DNA of 61,764 nucleotides, the filler included, from Sluysia triapertura (Eukaryota): assembly GCA_046118255.1 (NCBI GenBank). It is 5 parts of 5 records of this genome, joined end to end, with 100 filler letters (N's around TTAATTAATTAA, not from the genome) between each part and the next. Parts side by side here need not be neighbours in the genome. Positions count along the whole stretch, not along the records: positions 1 to 11,011 come from JBJNIA010190208.1; positions 11,112 to 22,177 come from JBJNIA010189430.1; 3 more parts are not named here. One strand, 5' to 3'. Numbering within the stretch: the stretch's first letter is position 1; each line of letters opens with the position of its first letter. Position numbers and translations under genes: made by a program. A model generated the notes under the pieces. It was not told the DNA's origin. It searched no databases and worked only from the letters and a program-made list of their open reading frames with translations. Shown piece after piece: positions 1 through 13,058 of this stretch.

Positions 1-165
1 TGGTGAGATATTCTCCGCCACAATCGATTACTTCCTTCCAAAGTTCTGGCAGTTTGTCACGTTTGAAGAAGCTTGGTGATTTTTGGTCCAAAAATTGCTT
101 ATTCGTTTTCAAAGATGATTCGACATGAAGCGGAAATAGAAGAAGAGTAGATGCCTGACACTCTC
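1..165 (-). mobile_element. mariner (DD34D) transposase C-terminal remnant, frameshifted
   Basis: The minus strand reads ...FYFRFMSNHL, then in another frame KQFLDQKSPSFFKRDKLPELWKEVIDCGGEYL. This matches the mariner C-terminal pattern DYHLFRS.xNHL ... FF.S.SP.FF.RGI.KLP.RW..VID..GEY. Confidence 0.75.
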
Positions 166-504
166 CATTTTAATGATGGTAATGAAAGTGAAAGTTAGTC
201 TAAAATGATTTAAATAGATAATTGAATAGATAACTGAATGAATATAACTCAAATCAGTTAAAATAAAAAGTTGGTGTGTTTTCTTTGCAACAAATAAAAC
301 CGCAAGAATTTTTGCACCAGCCAAATATATTGTATTAGTAAATTTACATGCGCCTTAATTTATTCTATATTATAACTATATACTATAGTAAATTTTCATC
401 CGCTTAAATCGAATTTTATACGTGCTGCTATGAGTTGTATTTCATATTCTTATCATTCTATTTTCGTTTTTTATTCTTATATAATAATAATTATAATTAT
501 TTAG

Positions 505-2255
505 ACGATTGTTTAGTTTTGAGTGGTAATTTGGATATTAAATTTTTATGGCTCACAAGTCAACTAGTACCGTTTATAAAATCAAGCTTTCTGAATATGT
601 TTCAAGAAGATGTCATTTTAATTATGAGTCATTTACAAAAGCTGTACAATCCAAATGCCATAGAATTATTTTCTACATTGCTTCCTTGCTGTCTATCCTT
701 GACCACCTACAGTTTCACTAAACTTGATTCTATGAAATCATTGAAAAACAGAAACTTTCATAAAAATTCCTGGTCCGGCTTAGTATCTAAAAATCAAATT
801 TATCAACTACACAAAACTGACAAATGGAATTACATTTGTGTTTCACCAGGTGCTGAACAAAAAGCATTTCTTGACATTTTAATTGATCGATTCATTATCC
901 CTTCTATTGATGAAATGCACAAATTCACTGATTTAGTGCGATCGAACAATGATCGAATCAAATTCGAACCTTATCAGTTTCAGTCGATTTGTGATCAACT
1001 AACAGTTATTTCAGTTTGTTTAATTAATGAACAATTTTTTGTTGACAATCAAGAATGTTATCTATTTCCAGACCAATCAAAGAGCGCTTTTGAAATAATT
1101 GATCCAGTTGAATTTCGACAAAGTCGAGTCAAAAATACATCAGAAAAACAAAATCCAAAAATAACTGATTTACTAATGAAAATTCATTGCAGTGTCTATC
1201 AAGCATTGCAAGCCATCGCTGAATTTATCAATCAACCAAATCACGACTTATCTAATCTTCCGATAATCGTTAGCGATTTATATCATTTGTTTAACAATAT
1301 ACCATCTATTTTTTGTGTTAGATTCAATCCTAGAAGTTGTGATTCAAAAGAATTTCTTGATCGCCGTTTTTCGTCTTTTATCGATCCAATGGTTATACAT
1401 AAAACTAACACACCATATAATTGGATTGTAATGCTTCATTGGATGTTTACTAATTGTTGTTATGAAAATAAATTTCCAATGACATTGGAAATTCGCAAAT
1501 TAATCGATTTATTACTACCTATGGTGTACAATTCAAGTCAAATTTTACGTGATAACTCCATTTCAGCATTATTTAATATAACTAATTACTTTCTTAATGC
1601 TGAACATTATATCATTGATCAATGTTTTCGAATAGTCGATTTGAAACAATCAACAAGCTCGTCAGGTTTAGATGAACACACACATAATGGTATTGGCCAT
1701 TTGATCAGTAAAATATTAAAAAATCACTCGAATGCTTTTGAAAGTATGAATTTTATGTATAAAACTATTGCTATTTTTGTTAATTTGACTAAATCACAGC
1801 ATATTGAACAACGAACCAATCATAATTTTACAAATAAACTTTTTTCTTCATTAGTATATTTATTGACTTCATTTAAAGTAGCTCCAATTGAATTAGTTTC
1901 TGCAAATGATTGCGAAACTAATCAACAATACGTTGATAAATTACGTGAAACAACCGTACTACGTACTGAAGAATTCGGTTATTTGATTAATAATACTAAA
2001 AATGAAAGAACAGTTGATATGGTTACTAAACGCCGGCAGTTATATTATTGGTGCATTGATTATTCTATATCATTGTTTTTTGATTCAAAATTTGTCGACA
2101 ATAACGAATCTGATTTGATGGGTTTTGTATTGAAAAATAAGAATACTTGGCAAAGCACTTTACAGATTTCTATTATTTTACCTATACATCCAGAATTGCC
2201 GATTTTGTTGAAATATTTGAAATTGTTTTTTTTGACATTATTTAGTCCATCTAAG
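505..2255 (+). CDS. PSME4: Proteasome activator complex subunit 4 (PA200/Blm10), large internal exon
   Basis: Long ORF bounded by ttag| (503-504) and aag|gttagt (2256). Segments SPGAEQKAFLDILIDRFIIP...QLTVISVCL and IRKLIDLLLPMVYNSSQILRDNSISALF resemble PA200 [20 protein letters not shown]...QSLTIVHNCL and [25 protein letters not shown]. Confidence 0.8.
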
Positions 2256-2869
2256 GTTAGTCAGTTAATCGAAGTGTGTTTAAAATTATTTTCAGCACAT
2301 TTATAACAACAAATCTCAGAAGAAATTTTATAATTTTATATTATTTTAAATTGCATTGGTAAAGAAATATTTTATTCTTCTGTGTTGCTTTTTTGTTAAT
2401 GTCGCATTATAATCTTTAATGACTTAACGTTTTCTGATTGGTCGTTGTAGTTTTTAAAGGTAACACTTGTTTTATTATATCTTAAAATAATTACAACTGA
2501 ACGATTTTCAGGAGTTACACAATTTAATAATTTTAACTACTTACACTTTTATTGATATTCGGTGTAAATTTTTGAAAGGAAGTATTAGAATAATTATTTA
2601 ATATTAATTGTATCTTAAGCACTCTTCTATACAGGAATCAAGTATAATAGGTCATTACTATAATTTTTATTGGTTATCAGTTAGGTGCAATAGGTGCTCC
2701 CACACAGGGCCGACAAATGAATACATATGCTCCCACCGAAAATATATGTATGCTGACGATATTCTTATAATCGAATTTACTGTTTGGTTTTTATTTTATA
2801 TAACTTTATAAACATGCACACTGTTTATTTATTGTTTATTTGTGCTATAGGGGGCTAGTTGCGGTACTG

Positions 2870-3400
2870 ATGTGGAAATATATACTGAATTTGAAATGAA
2901 TAACATTATTCAAAGAACGAAAGAATTAGTATCTGAATTGAGAAATGGTTTAGAAATAAATACTTGAAAATCAATGAAGAAAAGTCAGAATTGTAGGTGG
3001 TAAGATGTTGGAAGCGAAACTAAAAGTACTAAATATAGAATGCTATATGGTTTGAAAATGAATATGGAATAAAATATTAATTGTATTGTTAAAAAGTATA
3101 ACATATTAAAGAAAATATCAAATATTCGAAAATTTATTAATGAAGAAACAACTAAACTAAATGTTCATTCATTGATAACCAATAACATTGATTTTAATAA
3201 TGGTATATTGTACTAAATTCCGTATAGAAAATTTCAAAATTACAATTACTGATGAATCAATCAGCAAGATTAATTTTCCAAGTAAGAAGATCTTATATCT
3301 TAGGAATTACATTGGGTACCAGTAAAAACAAGCGTAGAATTCAAAATCGTGACAACTTAAGAAAGCTTACATTATGGAAGTCCTGAATATCTCTTGGTAA
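2870..3400 (+). repeat. dispersed repeat (decayed TE) copy, homologous to 39290-39625
   Basis: Shared collinear blocks atatactgaatttgaaat, aaatattaattgtatt, gtagaattc.aaatc and ctgaatatctctt occur in both copies. Confidence 0.7.
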
Positions 3401-3532
3401 TGAAAGAATTCGGAAACCAAAATGAATGTCATTAATGTATAATAATTTATACAGAATCCACAGTGATAGGTTTATATACTATTTGTTTCAAAAATGTACA
3501 ACCAGCTACCAGAGAATGTTAAATTATTGTAA

Positions 3533-3612
3533 GGAAATATTATAGTGAATGCTTTATTTTAAGCTCTTTTACAATAGATATTAGTGCACTATAAATTAAT
3601 ATGTTATTATTA
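3533..3612 (+). repeat. short dispersed repeat, 3'-end-like, copy 1 of 3
   Basis: gaaatattatagtgaatg.tttattttaag...tagatat.ag.gca.tataaattaat is also found at 11891-11980 and 61636-61764. Confidence 0.75.
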
Positions 3613-4144
3613 ATATTATCTTTGTTGAAAAAAGTTTAGCTAATTAAAATCTTATTGCATAACTAATAGCTGTCAATCTCTTGATCAAACTGATTTATTC
3701 ATTGACGAGCCTTCCGATATTGTCGTGAATGAGACGCTTATTACCAGAAAATCTGGCGAGTCTAAATTACTCGCCACAATTATAACCATAAAATCATTAT
3801 CAATTAAAATAAAGTACTAAAGATAATCGTACTTTAACACATAAAGGTTCAGCATGCATTAATGCATAATTGTACTGCTATTGCTAAACCGCCGGCCATG
3901 CATTTTTGCACTCTGTAACTGAATTTCTGGTTGTCTAAATCTTTACTAAGCGAATGTGTCATAAGTTTACACTGGTTTTTCTTTAACATGTTAAATTTTT
4001 AAAATTCGTAAAATATCATCAGGTATTTACGCAGCAGTAAAATAAGTGTTAAGAAACTAAATTTTAAAATTAAATTTATGCATAAAGCTCAAAATTTTAT
4101 ATATTATAAATATTTAAAAAATGACGAAAAATCTTTGAATTCAG

Positions 4145-4628
4145 GAACTTAGTAATCAATCGTGTAATCAAATCAATATAATAGCATGGATATTGCGCGG
4201 CAAAACACCATTATCTTACATTACCAAAAACGATTTGTGTAAACTAACAAATCAAGATAATTATCCATTAATCGAAATTAACAATCCTGGTCCGAGATTG
4301 GATAATCAGTTTTTAGTAATCGATAAAGACAGTGATTATTGGTCAGATTATTGCAATCAAATTTATCCGGCTAATTTATTTTATGGTTATTTAGGATGGC
4401 CAGAAAAGATAAAAGCCCGAAAAATATGTCCTGGAAATAATAAAAATAATGTAACAAAACAGATGTTATCAGCAGTATCAACAATAAAAGATGGAGACAG
4501 TGAAGCGTGCTGGAATTTATTGTGTCGAGTATTCGAATCGAAATCATTTCACAATCGATTACATGATTTCTTGTTTGATCTTGGTAGCCAATTTTTGAGA
4601 GAGGATGAAATGCTACAATTGAGTCAGT
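4145..4628 (+). CDS. PSME4: PSME4/PA200 exon
   Basis: The acceptor tcag| at 4143-4144 is in phase 0, matching the previous exon. GPRLDNQFLVID...FYGYLGWPEKI matches PA200 GDRPDNHWLHYD...HWGYYTWPKNM. Donor t|gtattt is phase 1. Confidence 0.8.
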
Positions 4629-5649
4629 GTATTTATTTTTCTAAATATATTTAACTATCACTTAAGTTGTGAAATTGGATTCACCTTTGCAAAGACAGTT
4701 TTTATTACTATGCTCTGCATAATAGACCATTCGGTTGCCCGAACTGTGAAAAAATAATTATAAATATTTAATCAAATAACTTTACATATAATTTGAGGAA
4801 TTTTATATACCTTTATGATACCTAAATTTCATTCTCTTGAAATATTTGTAATTCAGTCTGCATTTCATAATTTAGGAATTAATATAGGTTAATTTAAAGT
4901 GATATCATAGGTCACTAAGAGAATTTTTTACTATTCTCGAATTACATGTTTGATAACACTAAAATTTTGAGGAAATAAGTGAAGTGCATCTAGATTTTAG
5001 AAATTTAGAAATAGAAAAATCGTAATCGAAGTTGTACCACATGCATAGTTTATTATTTAACGTTTTTAAATATTTTTGAAGATTTACGAAATATTCGCCA
5101 CCTTGCCTAATCGATTAAATCATGTTAAATCGTTCGAGCTCGAATTTTCAATTTGTTTTAAAAAGAAAATACAAAGACCTAGATTCCCATGAAATTTATT
5201 AAATTGATAATTTATTATTTAGATTAAACTATAGAAATCCTATAATGGATTCTATGTATGCACAATTTTTAAAAATTACATATGACACATCTTACTCGAA
5301 ATAATATAAATTCAATGTTATCATAGTTATCCACTATCACTATAAGTTTTTCATAAAGGAGATAACATACTCGCACAAACAAATATTCAATTAAATAAAT
5401 TACTTTGTACAGCGTACACTTAGAAAATATAAATTTCATTGAAGGAAAACCGTGTTTTCGAAACGACAAAAGAAAATATGAATTTAGTAATTAATTTTTC
5501 ATTTCAGTCCGGTTATGTAGACATAAAATTTATCTATTATGGTGATATTTGTTAAGAATATCCAAGTTATCAATTAATATGATAACACTGAACACGAATG
5601 TATTTTGATATTCGATATTATTAAGCTTTATACAAAATTGTAATTATAG

Positions 5650-5834
5650 ATTCTTCAAAAAAGAACAAGAAATATTTAACATGTGATCATTTAATGTACA
5701 ATTCGGAGGTTTCTTCTACATTTCCATTAGACCATCTCATTTGTACCATGTTGCTTTGTATCGGTCCAGAAAAAGGTTTGCCAGTGGTATTGAAGTTGTA
5801 CAATGATCTGATGTTAAATCAAGAAGTTAACAAT
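5650..5834 (+). CDS. PSME4: probable further PSME4 exon (not in ORF track)
   Basis: The acceptor tag| at 5648-5649 has a phase-1 start compatible with the previous exon. It reads ...HLICTMLLCIGPEKGLPVVLKLYNDLM (cf. PA200 FDDAFLPVLKPHLEHLV). Donor is gttagt at 5835. Confidence 0.6.
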
Positions 5835-6627
5835 GTTAGTTATTGAATTTCATAAAATTATTGAAGATTTCTTTAATGATTTAGAATCTTTGTTGGGTCG
5901 TTTGCGCAAAAAGATTTAACTACAAAATTATTGGAAATACTCTTGCTGTTTTCATATTTATTATTAAATAACAAATCAAATAATTAAACTACGTAATAGA
6001 GAAATAGTAGCGTACCAAATTTGTATTTCCATACGATAAACTAATAAATCTTGATTAAAAATGTGGATCAATCATGTAATTGTTCTTCATAGAAGTAATT
6101 TTGTCTATTGTAACTTAAATTCACTAAAACTGTTGTTTGTTTCTAGAACAAAAGTGTTGAGAAAATATCATTTAAATATAATTTTTATTTGTAATATATT
6201 AACACCGATTTTAATTTAAGATTTTACATTTTCATAAATTTATATGACCATCCTAGATCTTGTTCTAAAAATAACAATATAAACATTTATTATGACAAGA
6301 GGAGGCTTAAGAGTAGACTGTTAGGAGAGCCAAAACCATAAGTGTAATGAATTCTGTTAGAGACTATTAATGGGAAAATGTAATATTTTTGTATTCAGTA
6401 TTGTCTTACGGTGATTGAACTTATTTTGTGTAAAGAAGAATCTTGCGCTATCTATGTTAAAGCTATGGATATATTTGATGTTATAATTGTAAAGTTTAAC
6501 CTTGTAAGTTTTAATATTTTTACTGAATTTAAATGAATCTTTATGTAGTATTATTTTTATGTGGCACCGAAGGCGTTATGTGAGGCGTAATCCATGTATC
6601 ATAATGAAAGCATATAGGGAATGTTTC

Positions 6628-7100
6628 TGGTGGTCAAACTCATTACAGCTAATTTTATTACGAAATCAACATATAACAAATACGTAACTAATAACATAAT
6701 TAACAAAATTCCCAGTTTAAATCATATAATCCCTAAATATTTCACAATCGAACAATTTAAACTTGAAATCTCTTGACAGTAACATCCACTAACTCAAGCA
6801 ATTAACTTGAATATTGTATTAAAGCAAAATTACAACACAATCCAGGAATTCACTTCTGATCCAAACGTTGCTAGAATAGCGCGAATAACAACATTTAACA
6901 AACTCATCCTACAGATCATGTAAAGCCAAAGTAAATTATATTTTTATAATATTAAAGAAGATTACAACATAATTCAACAAATCTATTCATTATCACAAAT
7001 TAGAAATCATTAAATAATCCCTTATGCATCGGGCTCAATACACTCAAGCATCATACCTTTAAAAACATTCAAATTGAACACTCAAATACCAAACAATGTG
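6628..7100 (+). repeat. C/A-skewed dispersed repeat starting TGGTGGTCAA
   Basis: The start motif and skewed composition are shared with minus-strand copies starting at 26164 and 52268. Confidence 0.5.
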
Positions 7101-7129
7101 CTATATTATGTAAATTTATGTGGACAAGA

Positions 7130-7230
7130 AAAGAATTTAAAGAAATAAAGGAAACAAAGGAAAGAATTTAAAGAAATAAAGGAAACAAAGGAAAGAATTT
7201 AAAGAAATAAAGGAAACAAAGGAAAGAATT
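7130..7230. repeat. 31-bp tandem repeat, 3 full copies plus a partial
   Basis: Unit aaagaatttaaagaaataaaggaaacaaagg is repeated exactly. Confidence 0.95.
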
Positions 7231-8324
7231 AAAGGAATTTCTTAATAAAAATGTATCAGTTCTACAAAATATAAAAGTAGCTTCTGTAATTTTTCCATCT
7301 TGTTTAGTGATAAAATCTATTGTTATGTTTTCTTATCAAGCGATTGAAGAACTCGACATTACTGTACCGAACGGATGATAATAAAGGGAAACAGGATAAG
7401 AACAAAACGATTTTAAAAGTTTTTTCAATGGACATAGATTTCATCAAATAATGACAACTCCTAAAAATGTTAAAGATGAAGATCAATCGATTTGAAAAGA
7501 AGAGCGACGTTTATTGAATCGAATAAATATCGTAATTTATGTCATTCATTCTTAAAACGGATTTTCATTGCCTACAAGAATGCTGTCCAGACTGTTTCGG
7601 AAAACAAATTTCAAGTTCGAGATCAAGATATTTAGTTTATGATGTCGCAAAATTCGTTATAAACATGGAAATAATAGAACCAAAATCCTATTGGTTTAAA
7701 AAACCTTTGTTAAAATACCATATAAATATTTTCATCTTTAATTCTCGAGTACTCAAAATGTATATGGATTAAATTTAAATTTTGAAATAAATTATGTACT
7801 TAAAATTAAAAGTAAAGTTAATAGATTAATTCATGATGAGGCGAAAGTTATGGATAATATTATCTAAACTACGTTAAGCAAGATAACATCTCATTGGTAT
7901 CCTTTTTAATTCTGATATTTATTATCGAGTACGAAGTTCAGGAATGTGAATCATGTAATTCATCGCCAAATTTTTCATATGTTATAAATCAAGTACTACA
8001 TCTAATTAATTACAAGATATCTGGAACAATCAATCCTGACATTGATGAATAAAATAATAATAATAATATTATGATTATTATTATACCAATGAGCCACTTA
8101 GTAGTGGCATCATCTTGCTACAGTTTGTGACTAACTATCGAATTATTGGTACTGAAAAGAGTAATAATTGGCCAGCCAATAAAAAATTAGAATATACGAT
8201 GGATGCTAGAAAAAAATGGAAACTCCTAAGTTTTTATTATCATAGTTAAAATGTTTATGATCATTGTTTACAGTGGTACCAAGTAAAAAATGTTTACATT
8301 ATGTACCAAATAATAAACATTTTT

Positions 8325-8597
8325 ATTGAAAATAGTTAATAAATATGGTCGAATTTGTGTTAAAATATATTTATTGATAGTGTTTAGTAAAGAGCAATTT
8401 CCCGTAATGTACGGTCCAACTGTATTTGATAACCGTGGCAATTATTAAAGTGAAAAAAGTACATTTAGCACTTTTAGATACATGTGTCCAACAAGACTAT
8501 GATAGATCGAGATCCTTATTGTATCTAGATACATATGTAGTTCTATGCGTTTTTCCATCGATAGTAATGATGCTGGATTCCCTCAAGACCCTTTAAA
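8325..8597 (+). pseudogene. RHOA: RhoA/Rho1 small GTPase pseudogene (N-terminal half)
   Basis: Reads LLIVFSKEQFPVMYGPTVFDN / VAIIKVKKVHLALLDTCVQQDYDRSRSLLYLDTYVVL / FSIDS across two frameshifts. RhoA is [68 protein letters not shown]. The P-loop and DTAGQ motifs are degraded. Confidence 0.9.
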
Positions 8598-11011
8598 TAT
8601 ACTATATTATTTATAAGTTATATACTATAAGTTGTTTTTTTGTTATCTTTATTGTCTGGTTTGTCACATGACTGGTGGTACTTTATTTTGTGATTAAAAT
8701 TGATATTCAAATTATTATTATTATTACAAAATATAAAATAAAAACTAAACTCAATGTATTTATATGAAATTTTTGCTAAATCATAGTCGTATTTCTGTCC
8801 TAAAATCATATTTTGATTGTCAATAGTAAACAAGTTACATGGACTAAATACTGTTGTACTAGCAGCACGTCTAATGCTGTTCTTTATTTGTCTCGCATAA
8901 CACCGAAGAGCAACAGGCGACGTGCAATCTTTCATTAATTCACATAGGAAGTCATCCTTAACACATTAATATCAGAACGTTTTTAAAATTTATATTAAAA
9001 TCTTTTACCAATTACACGTGATTTTAAAATCGCTGATTTTATTACTAATTTAAAATTTTTTAAAGTACAATTTTGGAATTCTTGGAGTTCTTTTTAAACT
9101 TAAAATTTACAGTTGCAATCATTTCGTCATCATTAGCAAATTTAATAAAAACACAAAGAGCTAATATTTTATCATTATCATACTTGAAGTTTACATTCAT
9201 CTCAGAAAAAATTATAGTATTGTGGAAAATCTCAAATATCCTTTTAAGCTGTATCAAAAACAGTTAAACAAACTTCAACAGTGATTGTCATTCTTCTTGA
9301 CCTGAGTAAGTTGTCGACATACTTCATTTCTACTCCAAAACGTTTGAGTGCCATTGCTACTTCACAAAGAACAATTACTTATTCGAATATCTAGTCTATT
9401 TCAGTAGCATCTCGAAAATTCGTAAAATTTAAAATTACCACATGAACTCTTGCAGAATTCGGGATATAATAACCATGAATTCCTTTAAAGACATTACTAT
9501 ATTGTGTTGACTCGTGTTTTATAAAAATCTTTACAAATATTCGGCATTTTATATAAACAGATGTTGGCATAGATTGTTGAATTTTTCGTTCTTTTTTTGG
9601 AAATGACTTACGTTTATCGACAAGTGTATCAGTAACATAATATTTATTAGTCTTTTGCGACATTTGAAAATATTTAATTATGTTTATATTATCATGATGT
9701 TTTAGACATTTTATACGACTTTTTCTTATATATATTTTAAATTCTCTGACATTTAACCTATTTTCTATACACTAACTGGACAATCCCAACATATATCTCA
9801 TTCCCGAAGAAAATGTCTGTCCTCAAACATTCAAAAAGTACTTTTGTGAGAAATAGTAGTGTTGTGTTGTTTGAACAGAATAAATTTTAATTACATGTGA
9901 GTTCACCAACGATCTATTTAAGGCTATCAGTTGGGTTTAGAAGTAAGATAAAACTTAAGGAGGTTTTATTAATTTTACTCAATGAAATTATGCAGTGAAA
10001 ACTCTTATGTATTCTTGTTAACGTTAATATTTTACCAAGGATCTTCTTTAAAGCGATCCTAAATGATATTTTAAAATATATATAGATTTTTCTTTATTTT
10101 CGAAATTAAAAGAAACCGTTAATTATAGAGATTTTAAACAAGATTTTAATTAAGTTTTAAAAGAAACCGTTTTAAAAATTTAGTATTTTACTGTGGTTCT
10201 TAAAATGAACCAAAAACAATTACTAAAAATTTTGTTAAATATTTTACGTAATAAACTTTTCTTTCTATATGTTAACAAAATAAATGAAATGTAGAACATA
10301 TGATAAGATACAAACTTAAAATATGGTACAAGTTTATAATTTAGATGATAATTATTTTATACTGATTATTTCTTGATAATCTTTAGCGTTACAAAATTTA
10401 AAACGATATTTTACTTAGTTAACATTTTAAAAGTTAACTATGAAATTAAAGAGATCTTACGTATATTTTTCTCTGTAACTAAATTGTCGCGCAACCTAAC
10501 AAAATTATACTAACTATAACTAATATTGTAAAAGTTGAATTCATGAAGTCGCTAATCGAGTAGTTCGAGTTAAACCGTTAGAATAGTGTTAAAACAAGTT
10601 CCTTATTTATACTAAAACTATTAACCTTGATTAAAAATTTTATTTTAATTTAATTTAACAAAATCAGTTAAATAATTTTTATGTATCGCTAGTTTCTATT
10701 TAAATTGTAAAATCTTTATTTATTAACGTTAAAATAAAATTGCAAAAATATTTGAACAATTTCAATAATTATAATAATAAACGATATAAAATAATTTGTG
10801 AAATGTTTGTGATACGCATTAACATATAATGACATATAATGTTTGCAATAAATAAATACATACATTAACAATATCCCAATTAAAAAGGATCTACAAAAAT
10901 GAAATTTAATACTAAATTAATACGACACGAGTGGTACAGGTTCCATTACGTTTATTATGATCGTAGAGATGACTTTTAAACTTAATTTTAAATTTATATG
11001 AGATTTGTTAT

Positions 11012-11111
11012 NNNNNNNNNNNNNNNNNNNNNNNNNNNNNNNNNNNNNNNNNNNNTTAATTAATTAANNNNNNNNNNNNNNNNNNNNNNNNNNNNNNNNN
11101 NNNNNNNNNNN
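11012..11111. other. artificial scaffold spacer
   Basis: 44 N + TTAATTAATTAA (stops in all six frames) + 44 N, 100 nt total. Confidence 0.97.
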
Positions 11112-11890
11112 ATGATAACAATAATGTAATTATTGTATATTTTAAAACAATGATGTTGTGATATTAATATAAAAGTTATTATTATCATACTATATAACAA
11201 TTATGATAATAATTATTATATGTTTTGATACGATTGGATTTATAAAAATAATAACTATGGTTCATGACAATTATGTACAACGACTATGTTTGTTTGTTGA
11301 ATGATTCAAGTAGTTTATTTAATGTACTGTGTATGTAAGAGATGTTTTTTGTGATTTGGATATGAATTCCCGACATGTCCTTTTTGCTGTCCGCTTTGTT
11401 ATGAAATATGGTGGTTTACAAGTATAATCCCTTATATCAATATTTTCTGTAAAACGTGAACTTCATTACTTTCAAAATCTGTTCGTGTTTTGGTAGTAAG
11501 TAATAAGTTTAAGTGACACTCAACAATTAATAATGGCTCAAACATTGTAAATATTTAAATCGGAAGCAATTTTAACACAAGAATTACTGTTCATCTTCGT
11601 TTATCTACAATGTCACGTGATACATTGCGTATGTAAATAATAAGAATAATATTGGATATTGTGGGAGGGCTTTATATGTTTTAAAGTTAACAAATTATAA
11701 TTATTTTTGTTTATTTTTTTAATTATGTAAAAATTATCCGAAACATGAAATTTGGAAAAAGTTATCAAAATGTTAAAACTATTAATTACTGAACTAGGCT
11801 TAAGGCCTTTTAAAAATAACAATTTTAAACAAATAACAACAAAGTTATGTAGTGTTCAAATATTTAAGAAAAATGCAAACTTCTTTCTGT

Positions 11891-11980
11891 TTCAGAAATA
11901 TTATAGTGAATGATTTATTTTAAGTTCTTCTGAGTACTTTGCAGTAGATATGAGCGCAATATAAATATATTATTATTGTT
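11891..11980 (+). repeat. short dispersed repeat, copy 2 of 3
   Basis: ttcagaaatattatagtgaatgattta...tgagtactttgcagtagatatgagcgcaatataaat is nearly identical to 61636-61715. Confidence 0.85.
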
Positions 11981-12640
11981 AATTAAATTTTGTGTCAGTG
12001 CACACTGGGTTAAGTAAGCACTTCTGCTTACGTTTGACTAAACTCATAAAATCTGAGATACAATTAAATATTTTGAATATAGGTAAATACTTGAGATATT
12101 ATTAATGAAGGTACTTTAATTATTATATATTATTGTATATTATTATATAGATGCCTATCAATCACGAAAATGTTTGACCTAAATCAAGAATTATCTCAAA
12201 TGTGTTTCAATGTATTTTGTGCTGCTTTCTTGAAATGATCCGGACCTATAATAATTCGAAATTAATTTTTACACCTTCTTATATTATAAATCTTATCCAT
12301 TATATCTGTTAACATGTTTACTGTCATTATATGAAATAAAATTTCTTGCCATGCAGCTTGTACATCTTCCTTTGTATACATATCTGAATTTGGAATAATA
12401 TTTGGTGCTAAAATTTTTAATTTTCTTTCATCTCAGTTAAATTTATTAATTCAGGCATTTTAGCCTAACATCTATGGGCAGTGATATCCAAAGATTATCA
12501 TCAATTTTATATTCTGGAGCTATTACATTCGAGTAGTGGATAGGTTTTTGTTTTATCTTATTGCATTGTTTTCTTTCTGAAAATTATTTACTTAATGTGC
12601 GTTTAAATGTGTCTTACTGCTGGCCTCACATATAATATAC

Positions 12641-13058
12641 CAGGGATGGCGAACCAATGGCATACGTGCCACAAGTGGCACGTTTGAAAGTTTTGATGGC
12701 ACGCACAAAAAAACAAAATTATTTTTTATAAATTAACTTTTTTGATAGAAATGAATTAAAAATTATTAATCTACACTTTATAATTTATGATATAAATTTG
12801 TAGTGCTGAATACCTATTTTAGTATGTTAACTAGAACCGTCAAATTATACATTTTATTATTAAAATATCGCAAGAATTCTCTCGAAGTATATAAAGATGC
12901 GCATTAGATAAAATTCCTATTTGTTTATTTAATTATACTTACGCTTAGTTTCACCACGCTAACATTCCGAATGAAATTTTATTTTGGCACGTTACCTATT
13001 TGAAAAAGAATTTTTTGGACTTTGTGGCACGGACATCAAAAAAGGTTCGCCATCCCTG
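12641..13058. mobile_element. non-autonomous hAT (Charlie/Buster-type) MITE, 418 bp
   Basis: Perfect 15-bp TIRs CAGGGATGGCGAACC / GGTTCGCCATCCCTG, with repeated subterminal TGGCACG/CGTGCCA motifs at both ends. No matching 8-bp TSD. Confidence 0.9.

Noticed and set aside
4665-4755. C2H2 finger-like HNRPFGCPNCEK in a PSME4 intron
   Set aside because: Too short and frameshifted to support.
7130-7230. 31-bp repeats as a CRISPR array
   Set aside because: They are head-to-tail without spacers, in a eukaryotic context, with no cas genes.
10921-10960. EF-hand loop-like YDTSGTGSITF
   Set aside because: It is preceded by a stop, has no supporting exon structure, and lacks the position-12 Glu.
11012-11111. 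Recurrent TTAATTAATTAA palindrome within N-runs (four times) as a biological motif
   Set aside because: The identical 44N-12-44N layout is an artificial contig linker. It also means no synteny can be inferred across these points.
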